From: Octopus vulgaris
Lineage: Eukaryota
Direction: 5' to 3'
Assembly: GCA_951406725.2 (NCBI GenBank)
Contig: OX597823.1
Location: 8,308,001-8,372,000, forward strand
Length of the DNA: 64,000 bases
Under the pieces are notes generated by a model. It was not told the DNA's origin. It saw only the letters and a list, made by a program, of their open reading frames with translations, and made no database searches. A program made the position numbers and the translations under genes. The first letter of the stretch is position 1. Each line of letters starts with the position of its first letter. Below are positions 14,226 to 26,314 of the stretch, piece by piece.

Positions 14226-14331
14226 GTTATCCTAAAGAGTGACTATAATTTTAAATTAAATTGATTTTCGATTAAATCTAAATTTAATTGTAATTCGAAT
14301 TTAATTATAGCCATGAAACGAACGTAGTTTT
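14226..14331 (+). ncRNA. Degenerate type I hammerhead-like motif in an AT-rich repeat
   Basis: CTAAAGA (G5A) - long stem II GTGACTATAATT/AATTATAGCCAT - GAAA-CGAAC-GTA; stem I is poor. Confidence 0.35.
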
Positions 14332-14400
14332 GTATATTATATATTGATTATTCCTTTTTATAATTTTTGTGATCTAGTTTATGTTTCATATAAAAATATA

Positions 14401-14462
<62 letters not shown>

Positions 14463-14468
<6 letters not shown>

Positions 14469-14923
14469 TTGTTATCGCCATACTAATATGGCAGTCTATA
14501 AAATATAAGACTAAAGCTGTCGCTGATTAGCTCCAAGAATCCATCGCCTCTAGCTAGCTATATGACACACGAACCTGCGTCCATTACAACCTTCGAACAG
14601 GAGAGGTCAGCCGCTTCACCTTGCTAGTCAGACATCTGCAGACATGTTTCAGGGTTGTTGCTCTTTATCAATGCAGCATAGTCAGACCCGCAGATGTCAC
14701 TACTGACCGTCTGTTCGAAGATTTTATTTGCCTAGTTACAGTGGAATACATCCACTTGTTTTCAATAATAGAAATATTAAAATTACTAAGTCTCTCTAAA
14801 GGAGATTACGGCAGCGTTACTGGATATTTATAGACTGCCATATTAGTATGGCGATAACTATTAATATCCAGTAACGCTGCCGTAATCTCCTTTAGAGAGA
14901 CTTAGTAATTTTAATATTTCTAT

Positions 14924-14926
<3 letters not shown>
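14463..14926 (-). mobile_element. Retrozyme/PLE-like ~362-nt repeat unit plus an inverted partial duplication, inside (TA)n
   Basis: Monomer 14463-14828; 14829-14926 is the reverse complement of the unit's end-to-start junction; HHR on the minus strand; second copy at 3350-3544. Confidence 0.8.
14636..14676 (-). ncRNA. Minimal type I hammerhead ribozyme, U3-A8 variant
   Basis: Minus strand: CTGCA-TTGATAA-AGAGcaacaaCCCT-GAAA-CAT-GTC-TGCAG; 5-bp stem I, palindromic ACATGT stem III, GUC cleavage triplet. Confidence 0.7.
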
Positions 14927-14980
<54 letters not shown>

Positions 14981-16373
14981 TATCTGTATATACATATGTA
15001 CGTGTTTATGAATGTAAGTCTATCCTCATAAGTAGCTTGCTATACATACATACACATACACCCACACCCACATATATGTTCCAAAATCTTTAATCTACTG
15101 TATCTAATTTCTGTTATAATTTACAGCTAGATGAAAGCCGATCAATTTTAATCGAATTCAGCAAACTCAGGAAGGAAAATATAGTGTCTAGATAGAATTA
15201 CCAGCAGCACTTGCAAGGTCGGTAATTTAGTTCACCTGCGAAATGTCAGCAATGCTGCCCTCGATGTCTCAACGCATACCTATATAAAGAAACATACACA
15301 GGCATTCAAGTATTAAGATAAGTACATATACGTGCATATATAAAGACGCACCTATATGTGCATGTGTAAAGAGTCACTTACACGTGCACACATATCTACT
15401 GAAACAATGATTGACGTGACAGCAGCGAACGGATATATAAATAGAAGTATGTTAGCATATAAGCATTGAGAAACGTATGTGTACACGCCGATGAAAAAAT
15501 GGACTGAAAAGATTCGCGATTAGCAATAGGAGACTGTGTATTCATGCACACACACACACGCACGCACACACAGACACACACACAAACACACACACAAACA
15601 CACACACAAACACACATTCTCTCTCTATTTCTCTCGCTGACATATACTCAAGGGTCCACATACGAGCCTACAAACACACAGACAAGCACACACGCTCAAG
15701 ACCGCACACATACAGACATTGAAAGAAGAAAACAATTTTGATTGCCTTTTCTTACTCTAGTGCAAATATTTTCTATTTTTATGACTGACAACCTGCCTAA
15801 GGCATTTTAATGCTCTATATTTAAAGAGAATTTGTAGAAAGAAGAATTTGATTTATGTCTTATAAAGAAGTAAGTTGCTTCGTGGTAAAGTAATCCTATA
15901 AGTTCTTTCAGATATTCAATCAAGAGAAAGATTAGGAAAATAAGAAATCCCGAAGTTCTCCACAACAAGTTTCGGATTCTCCCTTTAGTGAGTATAATGA
16001 ATGAAGCTTTATGAACATGCATCATATTCGGTTAATATAGAAGTTATTTCTTTATTCCATTCTTTCTCCTCTTTAGATCCCTTGTTTAGGATTAAAACTA
16101 TTTTCAGACTGTTGCAGGTTGAAATCTTCACTAGATGACGATTGCACTTCTTTATTTGCCTTCGCTCTCAGGAGAACTGCTAGTGCCATTTTACATATGC
16201 AGAAATATATTTCAGAACAAATGTTAGTTATGTCATAAAAATACTGTATATAGAATTAGAATATTGAAGGGAGATAATCCATTGCAGTCTTTCTCTTCAT
16301 TCTATTGTACACTCCTGGGGGAAATAGACTGAAATATACTTTGTAATAGTTAATGCTTCCTTTTAACACACAG

Positions 16374-16550
16374 AGTTTACCATGTGCGTCACAAGATAGT
16401 ACCACAGAAAGAGATCTGCAATTTTGTTACCAGTTTTGTGACGCACATGGTAAACTTGGAGGGAAATACGAATTCGCTCGTCTATATAAGTTTGGATATG
16501 CTGACTACCTTGTGTTATGTTCTGATGAAGCTTGGTCAGAAATACAAAAG
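16374..16550 (+). CDS. Candidate internal coding exon (59 codons, phase 0-0) of an unknown gene
   Basis: Acceptor TTCCTTTTAACACACAG and perfect donor AAG|GTAAGT; open frame SLPCASQDSTTERDLQFCYQFCDAHGKLGGKYEFARLYKFGYADYLVLCSDEAWSEIQK. Confidence 0.5.
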
Positions 16551-16589
16551 GTAAGTTTTCCAAGCATTTTCAAATTCATAATTCTCGAA

Positions 16590-16955
16590 ATATTATGTTG
16601 ACAAAGGTAATGAATTTTTATAATTCTAATCCAGAAACGCGTCCATAATTAATCGGAGACTGTTTGATTTCATTATTTTTCTTCTTTTTGCCTATGTGAG
16701 TTACAAATATTGTTATCTGTGGAGACATATTTTGTAGGAAAAAGAAATAGTGGTCCTTTGGCTGCTATTTCTAAATTTTCGGTATGTGGTGAAGCAACTT
16801 GTTGCTAAACTCTTAATTATTGTTATAATTATATATCTATCTTTAAAAAAACTTTTTGTGTAAGTTTTTACCGAATATGGTTCTTTTCCACACCGAAACT
16901 ACTTGGTAAAATTTATTAATTTATTAAATTAATAATTCTTTACCCTATATCTGTA
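16590..16955 (+). mobile_element. PLE-type terminal-repeat remnant ending at (TA)n
   Basis: 16755-16830 (CTTTGGCTGCTATTTCTAAATT..GGTGAAGCAA..GTTGCTAAAC.CTTAATTA) resembles the reverse complement of 23441-23515; carries an HHR motif. Confidence 0.55.
16592..16649 (+). ncRNA. Minimal type I hammerhead-like motif, U3-A8 variant
   Basis: ATTATG-TTGACAA-(AGG..GAATT..AATTC..CCA)-GAAA-CGC-GTC-CATAAT; 6-bp stem I, palindromic ACGCGT stem III. Confidence 0.65.
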
Positions 16956-16959
16956 ATGA

Positions 16960-17032
<73 letters not shown>

Positions 17033-17488
17033 CACACATACATATACATGCATATATACATATATATTCATACATACATTCATGTATATATCTATACGTA
17101 TATATGTAGTGCTTATAAAATGTGTTTATATCTTAGCTGCAAATCGTAGAGTAAAAAACAAAGCGTCTCGAAAGCGGCTCCCCACACGAGTTTCTGTAAA
17201 TGTTCATGAAAAAAAATTCTTGCATATCAAATATTTTACAAAACAAGATTCATACACCAGTTTTTTCTCTTAAAATTTAATATTCTTAAGTATTCTTATT
17301 AAAATCCTATTTTTTTCTTTCCCTAATGTTTGTCTCTGCCATTTTGTATGTGCACGCATTTTTATGCGAGTAGTTCTTCAAGTCTTCATATCTTTAATTT
17401 ATTTGTTGCTGTGACCCTTTCCACAACGACTCTGTAATAATATGTCGGACTCATTATCTAACGAATCCTTAATTGATATAATTAATTG

Positions 17489-17720
17489 AAGGCGGCGAGC
17501 TGGCAGAATCGTTAGCACGCCGGGGGAAATGCGTAGCCGTATTTCGTCTGCCGTTACGTTCTGAGTTCAAATTCCACCGAGGTCGACTTTACCTTTCATC
17601 CTTTTGGGGTCGATAAATTAAGTACCAGTTACGCACTGGGGTCGATATAATCGACTTAATCCATTTGTCTGTCCTTGTTTGTCCTCTCTGTGTGGCCCCT
17701 TGTGGGTAATAAAGAAACAG
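17489..17720 (+). mobile_element. SINE family D, full length
   Basis: AAGGCGGCGAGCTGGCAGAATCG head, B-box GAGTTCAAATTCC, central CCTTTCATCCTTT.GGGGTCGATAAATTAAGTACCAG, tail ...GTGGGTAATAAAGAAA. Confidence 0.9.
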
Positions 17721-18450
17721 ATATAAGAAGAAAAGGCGTGATGCCTGACACATCTGGTTGCTAATTTATCAGATTGAAGCCCTACATAAACGTTCTCTCG
17801 TTAACTCGTATTTGGTATATTTTTGTTTCTTATGTACACCTAAGACATTATACGAATAAGAACGACGCATTGCGGTCTTTATATCATTCTCAGAGAAAAT
17901 GACATACTACTCAATAATCCAGACAGGTTAACGAAGCTCTCTTCTGGGAATATATTTATACTGTTCAGTAAAAAGAAAATGCGATTAGCTCAATTATTTG
18001 TAAACGATGATATTGAATGAGAAATTTAGAGCAGCTTAAAATGTAAGATATCTAAGCATTAATTGTAATGGTACAAAAACATCTCATTGATAAAATATTA
18101 CAGGAAATAAAGCTGTAAAGAATTTTATAAAAGCTATACATACTCAATATATTATTACTTTGAGAGTTGCAAATTGTAACAAGAACAATTACTGCATTAA
18201 TAACAACAACGAAACCGATATTTAGAAAAATAAGACACAAAATAAATTTGAGCATTATAGCATTAACTTACACATATGTATACGTTAAATCACTCATGTA
18301 CAAATTCTCATACGCCATCAACACACGCATACATGTATACAGACAGACGAACGTACATTTATATATATATATGTGTGTGTGTGTGCGCGCGTGTGTATGT
18401 ATATATATACAAGCCTATATTCATAATACGCACATACACACATCTAAATG

Positions 18451-18504
<54 letters not shown>

Positions 18505-18522
18505 CATACATATAAACTATAC

Positions 18523-18581
<59 letters not shown>

Positions 18582-18587
18582 TACATA

Positions 18588-18654
<67 letters not shown>

Positions 18655-18808
18655 TTGTGTATATATTGTTTGTTGGTAAAGTGAAGATCAGACTGGAGTA
18701 AAATGAATAGAGTGAAAACATCTCAAGAGTCAACAGGCAATTAAAATATAAGTAAATGTTTAATCCTAATAGAACACAATAATGTAGTGTATATGTATAT
18801 TGCTTTGG

Positions 18809-18866
<58 letters not shown>

Positions 18867-19201
18867 TATATGTATATATATATATATATACATATGTTAT
18901 ACACATACATATATACACATAGGTATGTGTAGATATATGTGTGTGCGTGTGTATCTGCTGTCTGTATTTGCATATATATGTATACATATTTTTTGTGTGC
19001 GTATTTGTATGCCTGTACACCTGTATGAATAAGTATGTATGTAAGCCGTATAGAACCAAACACTTGTATTATATGTGATACACCTACACGAATTGGCGAA
19101 AAATTACCCAATACGTGTACTAGAGCGCAGATAATAGAATTGGCCGAGGTTATTAACAATTACTAGAGTTAGTGCGTAAGATTTGTTCGTCTTTAAAAGT
19201 A

Positions 19202-19586
19202 TGGAAGCACTCCGTCGGTTACGACGACGAGGGTTCAGGTTGATCCGAATCAACGGAACAGCCTGCTCGTGAAATTAACGTGTAAGTGGCTGAGTACTCC
19301 ACAGACACGTATACCCTTAACGTAGTTCTCGGGGATATTCAGCGTGACACAGAGAGTGACAAGGCCGGCCCTTTGAAATACAGGTACAACAGAAACAGGA
19401 AGTAAGAGTGAGAGAAAGTTGTGGTGAAAGAGTACAGCAGGGATCACCACCATCCCCTGCCGGAGCCTCGTGGAGCTTTTAGGTGTTTTCGCTCAATAAA
19501 CAGTCATAACGCCCGGTCTGGGAATCGAAACCGCGATCCTATGGCCGCGAGTCCGCTGCCCTAACCACTGGGCCATTGCGCCTCCA
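19202..19586 (-). mobile_element. tRNA(Arg)-like SINE family B, full length
   Basis: Head GGAGGCGCAATGGCCCAGTGGTTAGGGCAGCGGACTCGCGG...GGTTTCGATTCCC; TSD CGTCTTTAAAAG at 19188-19199 and 19587-19598. Confidence 0.92.
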
Positions 19587-19837
19587 CGTCTTTAAAAGAC
19601 TGTCATAGCAGAACAAGACAATAACGATTACAGATGTAACATACAAACGAGCGTGAAAACCCATTTAGCTAACTGGGCCGCTGGTTACGAACATGAAGCA
19701 ATAAAGAAAAACAGCAAAGATATTTTTTACTGGAGAGACAACTCACAGTGTACTATTGACAACAAACTTTTGAAATAGTATAAGAATGAAAATAAACCAT
19801 GGAGTTGCAATAAATGAATAAGTAAAACATTTTTCTG

Positions 19838-20008
19838 CACGTAGGAGTGGCTGTGTGGTAAGTAGGTTGCTTACGAACCACATGGTTCCGGGTTCAGTCC
19901 CACTGCGCGGCATCTTGAGCAAGTGTCTTCTACTATAGCCTCGGGCCGATCAAAGCCTTGTGAGAGGATTTGGTAGACGGAAACTGAAAGAAGCCCGTCG
20001 TATATATG

Positions 20009-20041
<33 letters not shown>

Positions 20042-20258
20042 ATATGTTTGTGTGTCTGTGTTTGTCCCCCCCCCACATCGCTTGACAACCGATGCTGGTA
20101 TGTTTACGTCCCCGTAACTTAGCGGTTCGGCAAAAGAGACCGATAGATAAGTACTAGGCTTACAAAGAACAAGTCCTGGGGTCGATTTGCTCGACTAAAG
20201 GCGGTGCTCCAGCATGGCCACAGTCAAATGACTGAAACAAGTAAAAGAGTAAAATAGT
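19838..20258 (+). mobile_element. SINE family A, near full length
   Basis: Colinear with 11466-11892. Confidence 0.9.
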
Positions 20259-20789
20259 ATAAACATGGGCTTACGCACATACGTCCCCCCAAACATACTA
20301 ATATAATATAGGGAACGTAATATAGTTTATGAAATGTAATACCCGCATAACACCCGCGATAGTCGAGAGATTACTGTATTTATAAATATATAATACGCCC
20401 TCCACCACATATTGATGTAGAACGAATTGTGAAGCAAGTGAACAAAGATCCCCAAAATAGGTTCAATCAATTGTAGATGTCGAAAGAACAAGTGTAAGAA
20501 TTTAGGGTTTCAATCATTTAACCAGATTTCAGATGAAATGAATCCAACACTAGGATATACTTGTGGAATTGCCATTTTAATTTTCTTGTAGGCATGGTAT
20601 TCAGCATGTCGGTTAATACAATCAATTTATTGACATTTTCGGCGGCGCACAAAATGCAAATTGCTGTTGTATTCATTGTAGGTTTCTCTCCTTTGTTCAT
20701 CTGTATAAATTGCAGTACCGAAGAACACTGGTCATTAATATAAATAAGATAGTGTTGATTAATTATGTAAACTGGGCCTTAATGAGGTA

Positions 20790-21315
20790 TTGACGATTGA
20801 GAACAACAACTACAACGCATCGGTCCTCTCCATTCTTTTCTATGAAGCAAAAGCGTGGCCCCTCTCGAAGACACTGGCAAAGATGATGGACGGCTTCAAT
20901 ACCAGAACCTTGAGAACAATCGAGAACATCAGATGGTGCCATCATATTTGCAACAAAGAACTACGTGTGCGCACGCATCAGCTCGCAGCCTCTCTACACA
21001 TAGCTACCCGTCACATGCGCTGGTACGGACATGTCCTCCATCTCCTGCTAGACCATCCTACCAAGGCTTTATTCTCATTCGACGCAGCAGGTACAGACTA
21101 GAAGAGGACTTGTGGCAGGCCCTGCACCAGATCGCGGTGAGTGATCGGGGAAAGATCTCCAGATGCTCGACGTCACTTTGGAGGAAGCAGACGGGTTGGC
21201 ATGGGATAGCCAGCGATGGACAGCATTAGTAGACTCGCTCGGCTTTACGCATGATGACGCCTCTGGGACTGCTAATATGGAATGATCCCAGCCCCATCAA
21301 GCAAGAACATGAAAT
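20790..21315 (+). mobile_element. RTE-like LINE 3' remnant
   Basis: YNASVLSILFYEAKAWPL...DGFNTRTLRTI..IRW...NKELR...RHMRWYGHVLH...KRTCGRP: typical post-RT region of RTE elements. Confidence 0.85.
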
Positions 21316-21465
21316 CAGCGAAGCTAAAAGAGACGGAGAGATAGGTTCCTTGTTAAATCATAAAAGTCTTAAAGAAAAGCGAAGGTTTATTTGTAAATGT
21401 TACGATATGCAGTGTGTGAGAATAATATATGATCGAATGTTATAAGTGAGGGTTATATATATTAG

Positions 21466-21847
21466 GGAAGCACTCCGTCGGTTACGACGATGAGGGTTCC
21501 GGTTGATCCGAATCAACGGAACAGCCTGCTCGTGAAATTAACATGTAAGTGGCTGAGCACTCCACAGACACGTGCACCCTTAACGTAGTTCTCGGGGATA
21601 TTCAGCGTGACACAGAGAGTGACAAGGCCGGCCCCTTGAAATACAGGTACAACAGAAACAGGAAGTAAGAGTGAGAGCAAGTTGTGGTGAAAGAGTACAG
21701 CAGGGATCACCACCATCCCTGCCGGAGCCTCGTGGAGCTTTAGGTGTTTTCGCTCAATAAACAGTCACAACGCCCGGTCTGAGAATCGAAACCGCGATCC
21801 TACGACCGCGAGTCCGCTGCCCTAACCACTGGGCCATTGCGCCTCCA
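21466..21847 (-). mobile_element. SINE family B, full length
   Basis: Near-identical to 19202-19586; TSD GAGGGTTATATATAT at 21448-21462 and 21849-21863. Confidence 0.92.
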
Positions 21848-22454
21848 CGAGGGTTATATATATATGAAGCATGAAAGCCAGAAGGATAACAGTAACTGTG
21901 CAAAATACAAAATACAAAAATAAAAGCGTAGGGTCAAGCTACAGAAATATCAACGGAAGTGGAATTGAAAGACGTTGGCAAACGAATAACAAGTTGGCAA
22001 ATGAGTGGATAATATTATCCTGGATGCGGAGTGAAGGTTCATTATACAACAATTTACCTTTCATAGATAGGAACATAAGAAAATCAATTCCAGTTTTGAA
22101 TTCAAAAGATGCAGAAGCTGTGTCGGGATGTTATGCACCTGGAACATTTGGAACTTTTGATAGAAAGACGTTAATATTGTAATTGAAGATTTCCTGCCTC
22201 AAATCTCTGATCTACTCGGAATGTGATCTGTGTCTCTTCTACATGCCTCACTAAAAACATACGTTGGTTATATCGGGATTGAGAAAGTCTCCATGAGGCG
22301 TACATAGCATTTTGCACTGCCACTCTTTCTAGTGGAGAATTTTGTCCTGAGTATCCCACTCTTCGAGCAGGAAAATCAAAGTAACGTCAGATTGAATCAA
22401 AAGGTCCGCACAAATCTCTCACACCCTGTCTCTCTATCTGTGTGCGTGTGTGTA

Positions 22455-22495
<41 letters not shown>

Positions 22496-22893
22496 TAACG
22501 CAGGCATACCATCTTAAAAACAGCTGCATGAGAACATCTGAAGGAAATAGCAAATCAAAGATGACGCTTCTCAGTTATCGGTCGATCAGTCAGAAATAAC
22601 AGCCAAATTGTTTCAAATCTTATCCTACCGCTTGAAAAAAAAAAGGGGGGCAAATTATATGATGAAGTCATGTATGCACTAAAAAGAGTCCGGAACTTCA
22701 GAATGAGCACCTGACTGTAATCTTAATATGTGTAATCGCTTAGGGGAAAAGTCTGATTTCTGTTTAAACATTGCACATTGCGAATAAGGGAAATATTACT
22801 GAAATTTCCAACTTTTAATTCTTACCCATCATCATATCTGCAACCTGTGATAACTTTCTTCGAACATTTATACATGCGTACATACAAGTACGT

Positions 22894-23345
22894 GGAGGCG
22901 CAATGGCCTAGTGGTTAGGGCAGCGAACTCGCGGTCGTAGGATCGCGGTTTCGATTCCCAGACCGGGCGTTGTGTGTGTTTATTGAGCGAAAACACCTAA
23001 AAGCTCCACGAGACAAATATACGTGGACAAATATACGTACGTGTGTATGTGTACCTTTATGTGATCACGTGACCGACCAGACCATCAGATGCTACACATC
23101 GCTGGTCACAATGCGTTCGCATTGTTTTAGCCTTCAAATGACGCCACCCCGCTGGCTAAGCGAGCAGGCCAACAGAAGAAAGAGTGAGAGAAAGTTGTAG
23201 CGAAAGAGTACAGCAGGGATCGCCACTACCCTCTGCCGCAGCCTCGTGGAGCTTTAGGTGTTTTCGCTCAATAAAAACTCACAACGCCTGGTTTGGGAAT
23301 CGAAACCGCGATCCTACGACCGCAAGTCTGCTGCCTTCACCACAC
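22894..23345. mobile_element. Two B-headed SINEs in opposite orientation (+ head fragment 22894-23011; - family C copy ~23062-23345)
   Basis: Both share the head GCGGTCGTAGGATCGCGGTTTCGATTCCC...GAGCGAAAACACCTAAA; the minus copy has the C-type tail GTGACCAGCGATGTGTAGCATCTGATGGTCTGGTCGGTCAC. Confidence 0.8.
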
Positions 23346-23396
23346 ATACATACATATACATACATACAAACAAACATACATACATACATACATACG

Positions 23397-23442
<46 letters not shown>

Positions 23443-24086
23443 TAATACTAAGTAATTAAGGGTTTAGCAACGAATTGCCTCACCAACACACCGAATTTAG
23501 AAATAGCAGTCAAAGAGATATAGCTATTCCTTCTACTAAAAGGGGGATCTCAGTAAAAACACAGCACTTGAAAGGCAAACACAGACAGGTAAGAAAGAAA
23601 GAATGAAATGACGGCAATCTATCATACAATTTTAAGTTACCTACGGACGTACGTTTCGAAATCAAGTTTTAGGAGAGCATAAGAATTAGAAAATTCTACT
23701 TTACCCAAACTTCTTTTCTCATCGGCGCAGGATACTACAATTATGAATAATTGTATATTAAATTTTGAGATACTAGAAGGCATTATCTCAACTCAGTGTC
23801 AGAGCGAGCCAAAGCATGACCAGTACCACGAAATTCAAAGTTTGAATGAAAGTTTGTGTCACCAGCCCCCTTCCACCCGCGTGTAGCCAAGACAAAATGC
23901 TGCGGTCATTTACTGGGATAAAATATGGTTATCAGTAATAATAAATGGTGAAATTAATTAATTTGGAATAATTATCAGTTTGAATTTTGTGGTACTGGTC
24001 ATGCTTTGGCTCGCTCTGACACTGAGTTGAGATAATGCCTTCTAGTATCTCAAAATTTAATATACAATTATTCATAATTGTAGTAT

Positions 24087-24178
24087 CCTGCGCCGATGAG
24101 AAAAGAAGTTTGGGTAAAGTAGAATTTTCTAATTCTTATGCTCTCCTAAAACTTGATTTCGAAACGTACGTCCGTAGG
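24087..24178 (+). ncRNA. Type I hammerhead-like motif (U4C core), mirrored at 23640-23731 on the minus strand
   Basis: CCTGCG-CCGATGA-GAAA..AAGTTT..AAACTT..TTTC-GAAA-CGTAC-GTC-CGTAGG; palindromic ACGTACGT stem III. Confidence 0.7.
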
Positions 24179-24334
24179 TAACTTAAAATTGTATGATAGA
24201 TTGCCGTCATTTCATTCTTTCTTTCTTACCTGTCTGTGTTTGCCTTTCAAGTGCTGTGTTTTTACTGAGATCCCCCTAGGGAGCGTTTGTTCGAAAAGCT
24301 TGCTGCGCATTTGTTTGGAGATTTAAATTCCTAG

Positions 24335-24420
24335 ATTTTCCTGAAGAGAATGCTGCAAAATGGTCTCCTTATTCAATCCGAATTAGGGAATTTGCAGCCT
24401 TTGAAACATGTGTAGAAAAT
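24335..24420 (+). ncRNA. Type I hammerhead ribozyme with canonical core
   Basis: ATTTTC-CTGAAGA-GAAtGCTGCAAA...TTTGCAGCcTTT-GAAA-CATGT-GTA-GAAAAT; 6-bp stem I, long stem II, GUA triplet. Confidence 0.78.
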
Positions 24421-24620
24421 AATAAAAAGGAATTTTGTAAAATCTTCGTTCAGCTCCATTTCTTCCCTCACTAAATATATAAAACTTCAATTATCCGCAC
24501 TAAGGCACGGTTGCGTTACCCCATGGTCGTAACCTCAACCGTGAATTTTCTGTTGTGATTTTTGCTACCCAGATATCGGTTATAATTTGAATAATCCGTA
24601 ACAAGATAATTCATTTATCC

Positions 24621-24718
<98 letters not shown>

Positions 24719-24824
24719 TACGCATATGTATGTATATATGTATATATCTACATACTTATGTATATGTATGTAGGTTTGATTACAGTTTTCTAGAAGAGAA
24801 CGCGAAAGTGGGCAGGATAGATAA

Positions 24825-24862
<38 letters not shown>

Positions 24863-24952
24863 GAGTCAAAAGAAAAGAGAGTGAAATAACTCCATTACCA
24901 ACTCGTATAGCGATCCATCTATTATATACATGTGTATGTATGTATGGATATA

Positions 24953-25005
<53 letters not shown>

Positions 25006-25006
<1 letters not shown>

Positions 25007-25771
25007 GACACACGACTACAAGAACTAAAAGATACCCTTATCACCAGGAACTATTCACCTTCACTTATTGACAAGTGCATTCAACGTGCCCTTCAACTTA
25101 ACATCAAGGAACTGAGACATCCCAAATCAAAGAAAAACTTACAACCAAAAGCCTTACCATACATCTCCACACACAACTCTCTCAATAACGAAGCCTTCGG
25201 CACCATCCTCCACAACATACCCCTCCTAAAAAAAGACCACAGAATGAACACAATCCTCCAAACACACACGATCATAAAAAGCAAAAGACAGCCTAGATCC
25301 ATGAAAAGTCTTCTAACACAATCCCGAATTCACTCTTCAACACAGAAGCCGACAGTAAAAAAATGTGGAAGACCCAATTGCGGGATATGCGACTATCTAA
25401 TCGAGGGTTCTGAGTTCTCCTTCAAACAGGGACAACGGTTTACAGTGAAAAGCAACTTCACATGTGCTTCGGAGAACCTAATATACTCACTAACCTGCTC
25501 CGGGTGTCAAGAGCAGTACATAGGCCAAACAAAAAATGGTTTGCGTAAACGAATGGCCCTGCACAGATCCCAGATAAAAATTCCCCAAAACAGAAAAATA
25601 GCTTTTAGCCAACACATAGATACTTGCGCCAACAAAAAAACACCAAACTTCAGAATTTTCCCCCTCTACCAATTTAGGGACGATACAACCTCGAGACAAC
25701 GAATAAGTAAAGAAAATCTCTTTATTATAAAATACAGGCCACTTCTTAACGGGTCTACGACAAACAATTAA
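25006..25771 (+). CDS. Penelope-like element ORF 3' part: RT C-terminus, Cys-rich linker and GIY-YIG endonuclease (5'-truncated at (TA)n)
   Basis: DTRLQELKDTLITRNYS..LPYISTH..KCGRPNCGICDY..FTCASENLIYSLTCSGCQEQYIGQTKNGLRKRMALHRSQI..KENLFIIKYRPLLN; ~255 codons without a stop. The ORF-track N-terminus is microsatellite. Confidence 0.9.
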
Positions 25772-26314
25772 TATAGCTCAACTTAAGAATAAAAGAAATA
25801 TATATACACACACAAATATTACATTCCATAGAATCCATTACTAATCGCCCCAAAACAGCTATATCTTCACCCATTCATATTCTCCCTTCTCTGTTTTTTT
25901 CTTCTTCTCCCTCTTCTTCTCCTTCTTCATCATCATCGTTATCATCATCATCGTCGTCATCGTCATCACCACCATCATCATCGTCATCTTCTCCTTCTCC
26001 TTCTTCTTCTTCATCGTCATCATCATCGGCACCGTCATCTTCTTCTTCTTCTTCTACTTCTCCACCTTCTACCCCCACTAATGTCTTAAAGTATAACGCC
26101 TACGCAGCGACTGCCGGTCGCCACTGACCAGCCCAGATTTTCCCACTCCCACCCCCTCAAGAACTCACAACGACCTCGAATACACAAGTGCAAACAAGGG
26201 AGTCAGAGAAAGGCAGAATGCCACATATATCTGAACACTACTATGGAAGTATTCCTTTAAAAAAACCTTTCTTCTAATTTTTCTAAATTTTTCAAAATTT
26301 AATTATTTAATCGT

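Larger units (their letters stand above)
23441..24626. mobile_element. Non-coding PLE-like insertion with a 299-bp inverted repeat and three HHR motifs, between (TA)n arrays
   Basis: Arms 23541-23839 and 23979-24277 (one mismatch seen), 139-bp spacer; HHRs at 23640-23731 (-), 24087-24178 (+), 24335-24420 (+). Confidence 0.8.

Noticed and set aside
16866-16911. Second hammerhead in the 16.6-16.9 kb repeat (TTTTACC...GAAA...GGTAAAA)
   Set aside because: Stems are plausible but there is no recognisable CUGANGA-type core.
15127-17926. Additional plus-strand exons at ~15127-15217 and ~17773-17926 flanking the 16374 exon
   Set aside because: Both have stops in all three frames and weak donors; they could only be UTR, terminal or pseudogenic exons.
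21871-22359. 103-aa and 62-aa ORFs
   Set aside because: Only faint resemblance to LINE C-termini on either strand; no convincing motif or splice sites.
25875-26078. Acidic D/E-rich ORF
   Set aside because: (TCA)/(TCT) low-complexity tract in the PLE 3' region.
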